Origin: Nitrospirota bacterium
Lineage (GTDB): Bacteria > Nitrospirota > UBA9217
DNA length: 64,000 nt
Direction of reading: 5' to 3'
Assembly: GCA_963755045.1 (NCBI GenBank)
Contig: CAVWIL010000010.1
Coordinates: 30,059-94,058 of the forward strand
Position 1 is the stretch's first letter, and the number at the start of each line of letters is the position of its first letter. The notes under the pieces were generated by a model that was given only the letters and a program-made list of their open reading frames with translations, was not told the origin of the DNA and made no database searches. This document shows positions 54,650-63,422 of this stretch, piece after piece. A program made the translations under genes and the position numbers.

Positions 54650-56270
54650 TAGGCTTTTTCCTCCTTCGCTTCGACTCCCGGAAGAGGTTCACCGCGCAGG
54701 TTGGTCGTTCTCTCTTTCTCGCCCGTCATGATCATGGCATTTGCCACGAGCTCATGGAGACCGCAGACGCCCACGCCGGGCACCCAGTAATCCATGAGCG
54801 GGGGAAGCGTTGCGCGGTCGATGGCACAGATGCAGCCAAGCATGTTCACCCCGTAGTGATCGTGGACGAACTTGACGGCATTCGCGCGGGGCAAGCCGCC
54901 CTTCATGCGGAGGTCCATGTCCTCCGAGGCATTCAGACCGGATCCGCTGCCGCAGCAGAAGGTCTTCTCCCGGATCGTGTCCTCGGGCATTTCGACGAAG
55001 TTATTGACCACGTTCCTGAGAACATACCGGGGTTCATCAAGAATGCCCATACCGCGCGCCGTGTTACAGGAGTCGTGCCACGTCACCTTGAGGTTGTCGT
55101 TCCTCTTCGGGTCGAGCTTGAGCTTGTTGTTCTTGATCAGGTCGGCGGTAAATTCAGCGATATGGATCATCTTCGTCGAGCGTGCGTTCTCGAAGACCGT
55201 GCCGGTGATCGGCGACTTCGGGACCTCGAGGAAATCCGCAGGTCCGTTCCAGGTGTCCATATACTGGTTCAGGACGCGCCACATATGGCCGCATTCTCCG
55301 CCGATGACGTACTTCACGCCGAGCCGCTTCGCCTCGGCATAGATCTTCGAGTTGAGCCGTTTTGCCAGTTCGTTCGAGGTGAAGTACCCGAAGTTCCCGC
55401 CTTCCGAGGCATAGGTGCTCCAGGTATAGTCGAGCCCGAGCTCTTCGAACAGCATGAGGTAGCCCATGGCCGTGTACGTGCCCGGATCGGCAAAGAGGTC
55501 GCCCGACGGCGTCACGAACAGGATCTCGGCGCCTTTCCGGTTGAACGAAGGGTTTGATCTTTTTGCCCGTAATGGTCTCGATGTCGTCGAGCATATACTC
55601 CAGGTTGCCGACGATCGTATGGGGCTCGAGGCCGAGGTGGTTGCCCTTCATGTAGCAGTTCGCGGCAGGACCGGCGATCCATTCAATGTTCAGGCCGAGC
55701 AGGTTCAGCAGCTCGCGCCCGATGATGGTGATCTCGGCCTGGTCGATGCCGTAGGGGCAGAAGACCGAGCAGCGGCGGCACTCGCTGCACTGGAAGAAGT
55801 AGTACCACCACTCCTTCAGTACGTCGAGCGTAAGCTCGCGCGCGCCTGCCATCTTGCCGAACAGCTTGCCGGCCAGGGTGAATTCTTTTCTATAGACCGA
55901 ACGAATGAGCTCGGCCCTGAGCACCGGCATGTTCTTGGGGTCGCCGGTGCCGATGATAGAAGTGGCATTTGTCCGCGCAGGCGCCGCAGCGCACGCAGAT
56001 ATCCATGAAGAGCCTGAACGACCGGTACTTCTCAAGCCGCTCGGCGATCCCCTTCAGGAGGATCTCCTTCCAGTCCTCGGGCAGTTTCCAGTCCGCGTCC
56101 ATGGGTCTCCAGTCCCGCGGGTTCGGGAAGCTGAGGATCTCGAGGCTTTTCGGCTTCGCTCCATGGCAGAACATGCCCTCTTTGATCGCCACGGGCGTAT
56201 CCATCCACTCCGTCTTCGGCGGCGCAAAATCAATCTTCGACAGTTCTTCTGGCTTCGGAAGTTTTGCCAT
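54649..56270 (-). CDS. dsrK: DsrK (HdrD-like) catalytic subunit (frameshifted)
   Basis: CVRCGACADKC, CSECRRCSVFCPYGID, ECGHMWR, TWHDSCN, CCGSGSG and CAIDRA. Confidence 0.95.
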
Positions 56271-56272
56271 GA

Positions 56273-57269
56273 TTACTCCTTTTCTACCGGCAGGCCGGCT
56301 TTTTTCATTTTGTCCCTGAATTCGTCCTCATACTCCGCATAGGTGTGGACATGGACCGGATAGTTCCAGGGATTGATGTGCCTCTTCGCGCGGTTGTTGT
56401 TCGCCAGGTTGCGGGTGGGGCTCATGAAGACGCCGGCCATGTGGACCAGCTTGCTGAACGGGAAATAGGCGAACAGGATGCAGAGGAGGAACAGGTGGAT
56501 GTAGAACACGGAGCCTATGCCGGTGGCGGGGATCGCTGGACTGAAACTGACCAGCCCCATGGTGAGCATCTTCACGCTCACGATGTCTGTTTTAATGAAG
56601 TACCGCATGAGTACGCCGGACGTGGCAATCGCGAGGATCAGGAAGAGCGGGAAGTAGTCTCCGATCAGCGAGATATACCGCAATTGCGGAAGGGCCGACC
56701 CTCCTGATAAAGAGATAGGTAACCGCCGCCAGGAGCACGAGGTCGGTCAGGTATAAAAGCGGTGTTCCCACCTGGAGAAAGCTGTCGAGTGTCGAGATCG
56801 TCTGGATCGCCTCGGGCACCGGTATCATGAAGAACCGCAGGTGCCGGATGAGGATAACAAGAAAGGAATAATGGAACGCCATGCCCGCGAGCCAGAGCCA
56901 TTTTGCCTCACCGTAGGTGATCCGGGGACCGTCGTTCAACTGTGTTTTCAGGTTCCTGAAAAGGGACCGGAAGAAGAACACCTCAAGCGCCATTCTCCCG
57001 AGAACGCCCAGCGTGCCCGAGGGGTTTTCAAGCTTGCTGTGCTTGATCCAGGGGAGCGATTTCTGCTGTCCGCAGGTCGTGGGGATGCGGAACGGCACGG
57101 GCGAACTTCCCCATTTCAGGATACGGTAGATCATGCCGCCGATAAAGAGGAGGACCGCCAGATAGGGGATCACGATCCCGAAGACAGACTGCGCGTTCAA
57201 CACCGTCACTCCCGTGTAGGCAATCAGTACAAGGACCAGTACTGCGATGAAAGAAAATATGACTTTCAT
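56273..57269 (-). CDS. dsrM: DsrM (NarI-like diheme cytochrome b), frameshift near 56690
   Basis: PVPFRIPTTCGQQKSL, FFRSLFRN, FHYSF...RHLR, HLFL...YFPFSKLVHMAGVFMSPTRN. Confidence 0.95.
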
Positions 57270-57304
57270 GTCGTTACCTCTCTTCGTTTAGTTACGTAAT
57301 GTCA

Positions 57305-57475
57305 AAACCTCTCACTGCCAAGGCCTGGAGTCCTGAGCGTAGCCGAAGGAACGCAGAGAAAGGCTTTAATCTCAGGGTTAAATCCTAAAAAATGATTTTG
57401 ATGTCGACACCCTCGTGACCTTCGTTTATGGCCGCGTTCTGGCGACAGCAGGCTACGCCTTCGCGGTTGATCGGA
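57305..57475. repeat. Composite palindromic element between dsrT and dsrM
   Basis: CCTGAGCGTAGCCGAAGG, then CGCAGAGAAAGGCTTTAA...GGGTTAAA, then GGCTACGCCTTCGCGGT. Shares its core with 37520-37670. Confidence 0.55.
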
Positions 57476-57490
57476 CCTGCCTCATAGTTA

Positions 57491-58006
57491 CTAGTCCTGA
57501 TCGTCAACGATAATGCGCGCCTGCTGCAAAAGCCTGAACGTCACGTTGGTGGCTTCCTTCGCCTTGAGCTCGTAGATCTTTTCCCGGCACTTCATATATA
57601 TATCAAAAGCGAAGAGGGCCAGGTCATCGATGGTGGAATCAAAGGCCGCCAATTCATCGGTCATCCCGGGCTTGAGCAGGATCTCGCTGCCGAGTTCCTG
57701 CCGAACGATCTTCTTAAGCTGGAAGATAAACGCAAGGGCCTCGGACGGCGGAAACTCCTGGATCGCGCGGATCCTGATAATTCCGTCCAGAAAGGTCTTA
57801 ACGGTCTCAGGGATCATTCCCTGGAGCAACGCATCGAACAGTCCATCCAGTCCCTCTGCGAGCGTATAGCCGACCGGGTTCGTGAACTGGGCCTTTTGCT
57901 TCTTTAAAAAACCGGAGGTATTCTCCGGATAGGTGTCCGCAACCGCATCGAACCACTTTTTCAGGATCGCGGGCTTCTTTTCCATCAAATGTTTTTTAAG
58001 GCTCAT
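57491..58006 (-). CDS. dsrT: DsrT (RsbRD N-terminal domain protein)
   Basis: ILKKWFDAV..TYP, FTNPVG, RIRAIQEF.PSEAL.FIFQLK and FDIYMKCREKIY. Directly upstream of dsrM. Confidence 0.93.
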   Translation of the reverse strand: MSLKKHLMEKKPAILKKWFDAVADTYPENTSGFLKKQKAQFTNPVGYTLAEGLDGLFDALLQGMIPETVKTFLDGIIRIRAIQEFPPSEALAFIFQLKKIVRQELGSEILLKPGMTDELAAFDSTIDDLALFAFDIYMKCREKIYELKAKEATNVTFRLLQQARIIVDDQD

Positions 58007-58011
58007 TATTT

Positions 58012-58105
58012 ACTCTCCCTCCCCTTCAAGGGGAGGGCCGGGGTGGGGATGGGTTAAAACCGGCGCTTGGACCCATCCCCCACCTAACCTCCCCCTTGAA
58101 GGGCG
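58012..58105. repeat. CCCTTCAAGGG-type long palindromic element
   Basis: CCCTTCAAGGGAGG..GGTGGGGATGGGT ... ACCCATCCCCCACC..CCTCCCCCTTGAAGGG, between dsrF and dsrT. Confidence 0.75.
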
Positions 58106-58117
58106 AGAAATTATTGT

Positions 58118-58534
58118 TTAGAAGAACAGCAGGTGCTTCACCGCTTCCATTTCCTTCTGAATATCCGCGAAAGAAACGAATTTGGTGGTCAGATCCGCGC
58201 CGCCGATATCTTCTGCATCGGTGATGATCTGGTCCTCTTTCAGGCCGAGACGCTCCATGTCCTCCTTGCAGATCCAGATCGGCACATCGACCTGCAGGGA
58301 ACTTTTGATGTGACTTTCGGTGCTGGTCACGCCGTAGATCTTCATGGCCTGTTGGCCCTTCACCATGTTCAGGACGCCATCTCCCACGAACACCACGGTC
58401 GGAACGACCGAATCGCCGTCATCCATATAGATCTCAGCGGTTTGGCTGGCGATCGCATGGGTGAGTGCAAGACGGGGGTTTTCACTCTTGTAGGGAGGTC
58501 TTTGAACAACAAACAATAATTTTACGGCACCCAT
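58118..58534 (-). CDS. dsrF: DsrF/TusC-like protein
   Basis: FVVQRPPY, VFVGDGVLNMVKGQ and ICKEDMERLGL. Confidence 0.75.
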   Translation of the reverse strand: MGAVKLLFVVQRPPYKSENPRLALTHAIASQTAEIYMDDGDSVVPTVVFVGDGVLNMVKGQQAMKIYGVTSTESHIKSSLQVDVPIWICKEDMERLGLKEDQIITDAEDIGGADLTTKFVSFADIQKEMEAVKHLLFF

Positions 58535-58894
58535 TTACTCACCTCCAATGTGAAGCAGCTTGTCGGTTTTGACCGTCTTGGCCAAATACCAATCCATGCT
58601 GGCCCGTTTCATGCCTTCGGGCACGTCTTCCTTGTGATATCCCCGTGCCTCGGCACAGGCTTCGCAGACAGTGACCTCCATACCCTTGCCCATCAGCTCT
58701 TTCATAAGCTTCTCATTGTGCGAGTAGTCCTTAAACGCTTTTTGCCCCTTTTTGGCCATCATGACGGCGTTGCCGGAAAGCCACATGTTCACTTTGTGTC
58801 CTTTGGCGATCGCAGCCTCGGCGAGCTTGAAGGAAAAATCAAGCGACATCGAGCCGACCAGAGAGGGGAACACTCCCAAGGTAAATTCTCCCAT
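58535..58894 (-). CDS. dsrE: DsrE/TusD-like sulfurtransferase
   Basis: KLAEAAIAKGHKV and VCEACAEARG (Cys at the DsrE persulfide position, as CxxC), ending TDKLLHIG. Confidence 0.8.
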   Translation of the reverse strand: MGEFTLGVFPSLVGSMSLDFSFKLAEAAIAKGHKVNMWLSGNAVMMAKKGQKAFKDYSHNEKLMKELMGKGMEVTVCEACAEARGYHKEDVPEGMKRASMDWYLAKTVKTDKLLHIGGE

Positions 58895-58918
58895 TGTATC
58901 CTCCTTATTTATTTTCTG

Positions 58919-59020
58919 ATGGACGAATGGACGATCACGTTCGCTTGCGCTCACTCGGACGAATGCGTACTCGATCATCGTCTCTCGTCCATCGTCTTTC
59001 GCATTCGTTCCCTCGTTCTT
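58919..59020. repeat. GGACGA/TCGTCC heptamer palindromic element
   Basis: ATGGACG AATGGACG AT ... ATCGTCT CTCGTCC ATCGTCT, between dsrH and dsrE. Confidence 0.65.
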
Positions 59021-59025
59021 TTACG

Positions 59026-59325
59026 CTACAGCCACGCCGTCTTCTCGAAATCGTTCATAACGAGATCGACAATGTCTCCATAACCGATCACCTTGACCTT
59101 GGCATTGACATTGGCAGCGGTATAGCCCCGTGTCAAGAGGTCATCGGACAGCACGTAAAAGCTGGCGCCCGATTTTGCCAGAACCGGCGAATCCTTGCCG
59201 TTCTCTTTTACGACCGCATGATAGACGCCGTTGCCGACGAGGATGACCCCCATTTTGTCGGCTTTCAATCGTTCAAAGCTGTCTTCGGTCCTTCTCCAGT
59301 CACTTAGGAACACGGCTAACTTCAT
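59026..59325 (-). CDS. dsrH: DsrH/TusB-like protein
   Basis: VILVGNGVYHA, FYVLSDDLLTRG and IGYGDIVDLV. Confidence 0.8.
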   Translation of the reverse strand: MKLAVFLSDWRRTEDSFERLKADKMGVILVGNGVYHAVVKENGKDSPVLAKSGASFYVLSDDLLTRGYTAANVNAKVKVIGYGDIVDLVMNDFEKTAWL

Positions 59326-59363
59326 CGTATCACCTCCCTGAGACATAGTGAAAATAAAAAAAC

Positions 59364-59390
59364 AGGGGATAAGTTTTTCAATTATCCCCT
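59364..59390 (-). terminator. Terminator after ferredoxin copy 2
   Basis: AGGGGATAA / TTATCCCCT stem followed by a long U-tract on the minus strand. Confidence 0.7.
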
Positions 59391-59415
59391 TCGGTTGACT
59401 TTGTCTGTAACTGCA

Positions 59416-59601
59416 TTAGATCTCGGTAACCGTAATCGCCTGCTGCGGGCAGTTCTCCACGCAGGTCAGGCAGCTTATGCACTCGGACATATTTGCCGGA
59501 TCAGATTTTCCACCATCAAGTTTGAACACCGACTGCGGACAGACATTCACGCAGGCGCCGTCGCCGTCGCACTTGTTGGTATCGATTGTTACCATATACA
59601 T
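59416..59601 (-). CDS. Dicluster ferredoxin (copy 2)
   Basis: CDGDGACVNVCP and CISCLTCVENCP. RBS AAGGAGG. Confidence 0.93.
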   Translation of the reverse strand: MYMVTIDTNKCDGDGACVNVCPQSVFKLDGGKSDPANMSECISCLTCVENCPQQAITVTEI

Positions 59602-59782
59602 GGTTACGCGTACCTCCTTCTGTCAGGTATTGTAGTATTGTACTGCACTATTCGGCACACCATGACCTTCGCACTGCGGATACACCCGCTGCGTCATACC
59701 CGGACACGGCCTTTCACCGCGACCAAAATCGATCATCATGGACTGCCCGCACAGCGCCTGAAACAAAAACCTTGAATAAAGC

Positions 59783-60118
59783 TTAAACGCAGCCTGTCGG
59801 CTTCGGCAGACCGGCGATCTTGCAAGCCTGCTTTGCCGGGCCGCCCGGATACAGCTCATAGAGATACTTGGTGTTGCCCTTGTCAGCCCCAAGCTTCTTG
59901 CCGATCTCCTTGACAAGGATCTTGATCATGGGCGCGATCTGATACTGCTTGTAGTATTCGCGGAGAAAATTCACGACTTCCCAGTGCTGATCGCTCATTT
60001 CGATACCCTCGACCTGAGCAAAGTAATTTGCCACATCCATATTCCAGTCATCCAGGTTCGCCAAAAATCCATCTTCATCCACTTCGATCGTCTTTCCTTT
60101 TACGTCAACTGTTGCCAT
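59783..60118 (-). CDS. dsrC: DsrC sulfur-carrier co-substrate
   Basis: VDEDGFL, HWEVVNFLREYY and YPGGPAKQACKIAGLPKPTGCV, with both C-terminal Cys (CX10C). Confidence 0.97.
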   Translation of the reverse strand: MATVDVKGKTIEVDEDGFLANLDDWNMDVANYFAQVEGIEMSDQHWEVVNFLREYYKQYQIAPMIKILVKEIGKKLGADKGNTKYLYELYPGGPAKQACKIAGLPKPTGCV

Positions 60119-60226
60119 TGTTGTGTCCCCTTTCGTTCGTTAAAATTTTCGGGCGCTGCATCAGCGTCCTTCTCTTTATTGTTGCTGGTTTGGTGACCGG
60201 CACGTACGCTCTATCCCAACAAACCG

Positions 60227-60589
60227 TTATTGTTTCTTTTTTACCTTAAGAAAATACATACGGCCCTGCCGGTCCATGAAGCTCCTCGGCTCTCCTGTTG
60301 ACCGGTGTCTCCTCCAATCATAACTGAGGACCACATCATCGTAATCTTCCCCGGCAATCATGTCGGAGGCCTCTTTGGAAAGCTCCTGGCTGGCGAGACC
60401 AAGGGCCTGCAACATCACTTCCCCCACGTTCCTGCTCGTGGGATCGACAAGATACAACGCGCCGCATGAACTGCATTTGCCGCCGAGGACCCGCTCGATC
60501 GAGCTTATCGTGATCTCAGCCGGCCGCGCGATCCGGCTGCGGCAAAATGGACAGACCGGTTCGACACTTTCCCTTGCTTCTGTCCTCAA
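60227..60589 (-). CDS. Hypothetical 2xCxxC (Zn-ribbon-like) protein
   Basis: CPFC...RP...GGKCSSCGALYLVDPT.RNVGE...EDYDD..LSYD. RBS GGAGG. Lies between dsrN and dsrC. Confidence 0.75.
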   Translation of the reverse strand: MRTEARESVEPVCPFCRSRIARPAEITISSIERVLGGKCSSCGALYLVDPTSRNVGEVMLQALGLASQELSKEASDMIAGEDYDDVVLSYDWRRHRSTGEPRSFMDRQGRMYFLKVKKKQ

Positions 60590-60603
60590 ATGAAAACCGC
60601 CTC

Positions 60604-62001
60604 CTACACTGCCTGCTTGCTTTTTCGGTATTCATGGGCCTTCTTAACAAGAGCAACAGACCACTCCGGCGTACCGAGCGCATGCAGATGCGTGTACGCG
60701 GCAAGCACGTTTTTATATACGATCCCGTCGCCTTTGCCGTCTATCCCGTGACCGCGGCTCATATGATACGCCATCGGTTGCCGCCTGTCACCGGTCATTG
60801 GACGGGAATAGTGGAACTCGTGGCCTTTTATTATAACACCGTTGTCAAGGAACGGACTTTCGATCCCGGCTTCCGCAACAGTATATCCATGCGCCTGCGG
60901 CCTTTTTTCGAGAACAAAATCGATCGGCAGGACCGACGTCATGGGATAGCTCTTTTCGTTGACCGTCAGACTCCTGCCGAGATAAATCAAGCCCCCGCAC
61001 TCGGCATAGATGGGAAGCCCGTCGTCTGCAGCGGCCTTGACCGATCTGCAGAAACGTTCGTTCGCTGCCAGTTCCGCGGCCTGTGTCTCGGGGAAGCCGC
61101 CGCCTATATACAGGGCGTCTATATCGGGGAGCTCGCTGTCGCGAAGCGCGTTGATCTCCCTGAGAGACGCCCCCTGCTCTTCGAGCGCTTCCAAATTATC
61201 AGGATAGTAGAACTGAAACGCGGTATCCCTGATAACTCCGATGCGCGGCCGTTGTATTTCTTCCGAAAACCGATTATGGGAAGCAACAGCTGCCGGGACG
61301 TCCAGTTCCGGCGCATTGCTGCCGATCTCCCATAACACCGAGAGGTCAAGATATTTTTCCACCGCTGCCGCTGCAGCGCTGATCGCCTGATCTACTTCAG
61401 GATGCTCATGGAACGGTGTAAGCCCCATGTGCCGTTCGGGGAATTCACCGTTCTTCTGCCGGGGCATTGCGCCGACGACCGGAATGCCGCTGCTCTGTTC
61501 TATGGCTTTCCTGATCACCGTCTCGTGCCTGCCGGGCGATACATTGTTCAGAATGATCCCGCTGATATTTACTTCGGGATCATATGTCCGGCATCCCAGT
61601 ACAACGGCCCCGATCGTGCTGGAGGCCTTGGTGCAATCCACGATGAGAAGGACAGGCGTCTTGAGCAGTTTTGCCAGTCGTGCCGTGCTGTAACGCCCGG
61701 ATTCGTCAATGCCGTCAAAGAGGCCCCGGTTGCCCTCGATCAATGCCGCATCCGCGCCGCCGGTATGCTGCTGAAACGAGCGAAGGATGCTCTCCCCCTC
61801 CATCATGAAGAGGTCGAGGTTGTAGCACGGCCTGTCTGCCGCCTTGCCAAGCCATCCTGCGTCAATAAAATCAGGGCCTTTTTTAAAAACCGCCACCTGC
61901 CTGCCCTGCCTGCGCCATGCAGCGGTGATGCCGATCGCGATGGTAGTCTTGCCCAGTCCCCCTCGTGTGGCTGAAACGACCAGCCTCGGGATATTCCGCA
62001 T
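60604..62001 (-). CDS. dsrN: DsrN siroheme amidase (cobyrinate a,c-diamide synthase family)
   Basis: GKTT, FKKGPDFID, IEGNRGLFDG, ERHMGL, FYYPDNLE, YAECGGL and HEFHYS, located in the dsr operon. Confidence 0.92.
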   Translation of the reverse strand: MRNIPRLVVSATRGGLGKTTIAIGITAAWRRQGRQVAVFKKGPDFIDAGWLGKAADRPCYNLDLFMMEGESILRSFQQHTGGADAALIEGNRGLFDGIDESGRYSTARLAKLLKTPVLLIVDCTKASSTIGAVVLGCRTYDPEVNISGIILNNVSPGRHETVIRKAIEQSSGIPVVGAMPRQKNGEFPERHMGLTPFHEHPEVDQAISAAAAAVEKYLDLSVLWEIGSNAPELDVPAAVASHNRFSEEIQRPRIGVIRDTAFQFYYPDNLEALEEQGASLREINALRDSELPDIDALYIGGGFPETQAAELAANERFCRSVKAAADDGLPIYAECGGLIYLGRSLTVNEKSYPMTSVLPIDFVLEKRPQAHGYTVAEAGIESPFLDNGVIIKGHEFHYSRPMTGDRRQPMAYHMSRGHGIDGKGDGIVYKNVLAAYTHLHALGTPEWSVALVKKAHEYRKSKQAV

Positions 62002-62008
62002 GATCGCG

Positions 62009-62251
62009 TTATGATTGAGGATTGGCCGAACCTTCCGTGTGCGGGATCTCGACGGCAGTGCCGCCGAAATACGAATACACAAGCTTGCCGCCGTCAATGA
62101 GCACACGAAGAGCGGCCTTTGTCTCGGCCTGGGTCGCGCCTTCAGCCTCCATGGCGTTGCTGATGTCCTTGGGCTTCAGCTTCTTTTTTCCCTGGCTCTT
62201 TTCCACCAATGCATATACTTTGTTTTGCAGTTCCTCGGCATCCATATTCAT
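62009..62251 (-). CDS. dsrD: DsrD
   Basis: About 80 aa directly after dsrB, with EKSQGKKKLKPKD and LVYSYFGG. Confidence 0.88.
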   Translation of the reverse strand: MNMDAEELQNKVYALVEKSQGKKKLKPKDISNAMEAEGATQAETKAALRVLIDGGKLVYSYFGGTAVEIPHTEGSANPQS

Positions 62252-62326
62252 CCCCTCCGTTAGGTTGTTCAGGTCATAGAAAAACCGGCCCCGGTCTTTC
62301 TCCGGGGCCGGCATGACAGTATACTG

Positions 62327-63402
62327 CTATTCCCACTTGAAGGTCGGGGTCATTCTGAACGTATCCCGTGCAAAGGTGAAGTCATCGATGTGCTGATACG
62401 TGAACGGGATACCGGTCAACTTGAAGAACCGCTCCCAGCCGATGCGCTCGATCCACTCACCCACACGCTCGTGCAGGTGAGCATCCTTGGCGTAGACTTC
62501 CACGATGTGTTTCACCGCCTGCACGACTTCGGGCCAGCGCGGCGGGTTGTTCGGAAGGAACGGGATTGCCAGCTTGGACATGCGTGCAGGGCCGCGTGCG
62601 TTCGACACCTTACCGCCCACATAGATGGATATGCCGTCGCCGTGCGCATCCGCGAGCGGCAGTGAAGGACACATGGTGTAGCAGTTGCCGCAGTACATGC
62701 AGCGCTCTTCCTTGATCTTCACGGACTTCAGCAGCAGGGTTCGGGGCGATTGCGCCGGTCGGACAGGAGGCAATGGTCGTGGGGATCTCGCACTGATTCC
62801 CGATTGTCGCCTCGTTGACCTTCGGCGGCTTGCGGTGAATGCCGAGGATGGAGATGTCGGAGCAGTGCACCGCTCCGCACATATTCAGGCAGCAGGCAAG
62901 CGCGACCCTTACTCTCGCCGGAAGCGTCTTCGTGGTGAAATACTCGTGCAGCTCGTCCATCACGGCCTTCACGACACCCGAGGCGTCGGTGGCCGGCGTG
63001 TGGCAGTGGACCCAGCCCTGGGTGTGCACCACGTTGCTGATGCCGTAGCCGATGCCGCCGACCAGATGGCCGCGTTTCTTGAGCTCGGCCTGGAGAGGCT
63101 CTAGCTGTGCTTTGTCGGGAAAGAACTCGACGTTGTTCCGCGTGGTGAAACGCAGATATCCGCCGCAGATATTTCTCGGCGATGTCGCACACTTCGCGGA
63201 TAAAATCGGTGCTCACCAGGCGGGGTGATGCCATACGCACGGTATAGAGCTCGTCGCCGGTCTCGGAGACGTGCTTCATCGCACCCTTATTGATCACTTC
63301 ATGGTACTTCCATTTCCCGTAGTTCTTTGTCATCACGGGAGGCAAAAATTTGCTATAGTGAGGAGCTCCAATATCGGTTATTCTCTTCGGTTTGTCAGCC
63401 AT
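62327..63402 (-). CDS. dsrB: Dissimilatory sulfite reductase beta subunit (frameshifted)
   Basis: [54 protein letters not shown] and [12 protein letters not shown]. Confidence 0.97.
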
Positions 63403-63422
63403 TCTAAGTTATCCTCCTTAAG

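Noticed and set aside
60604-62001. Cobalamin biosynthesis gene cbiA/cobB
   Set aside because: Its position directly after dsrABD, with no other cob/cbi genes, indicates the siroheme amidase DsrN.
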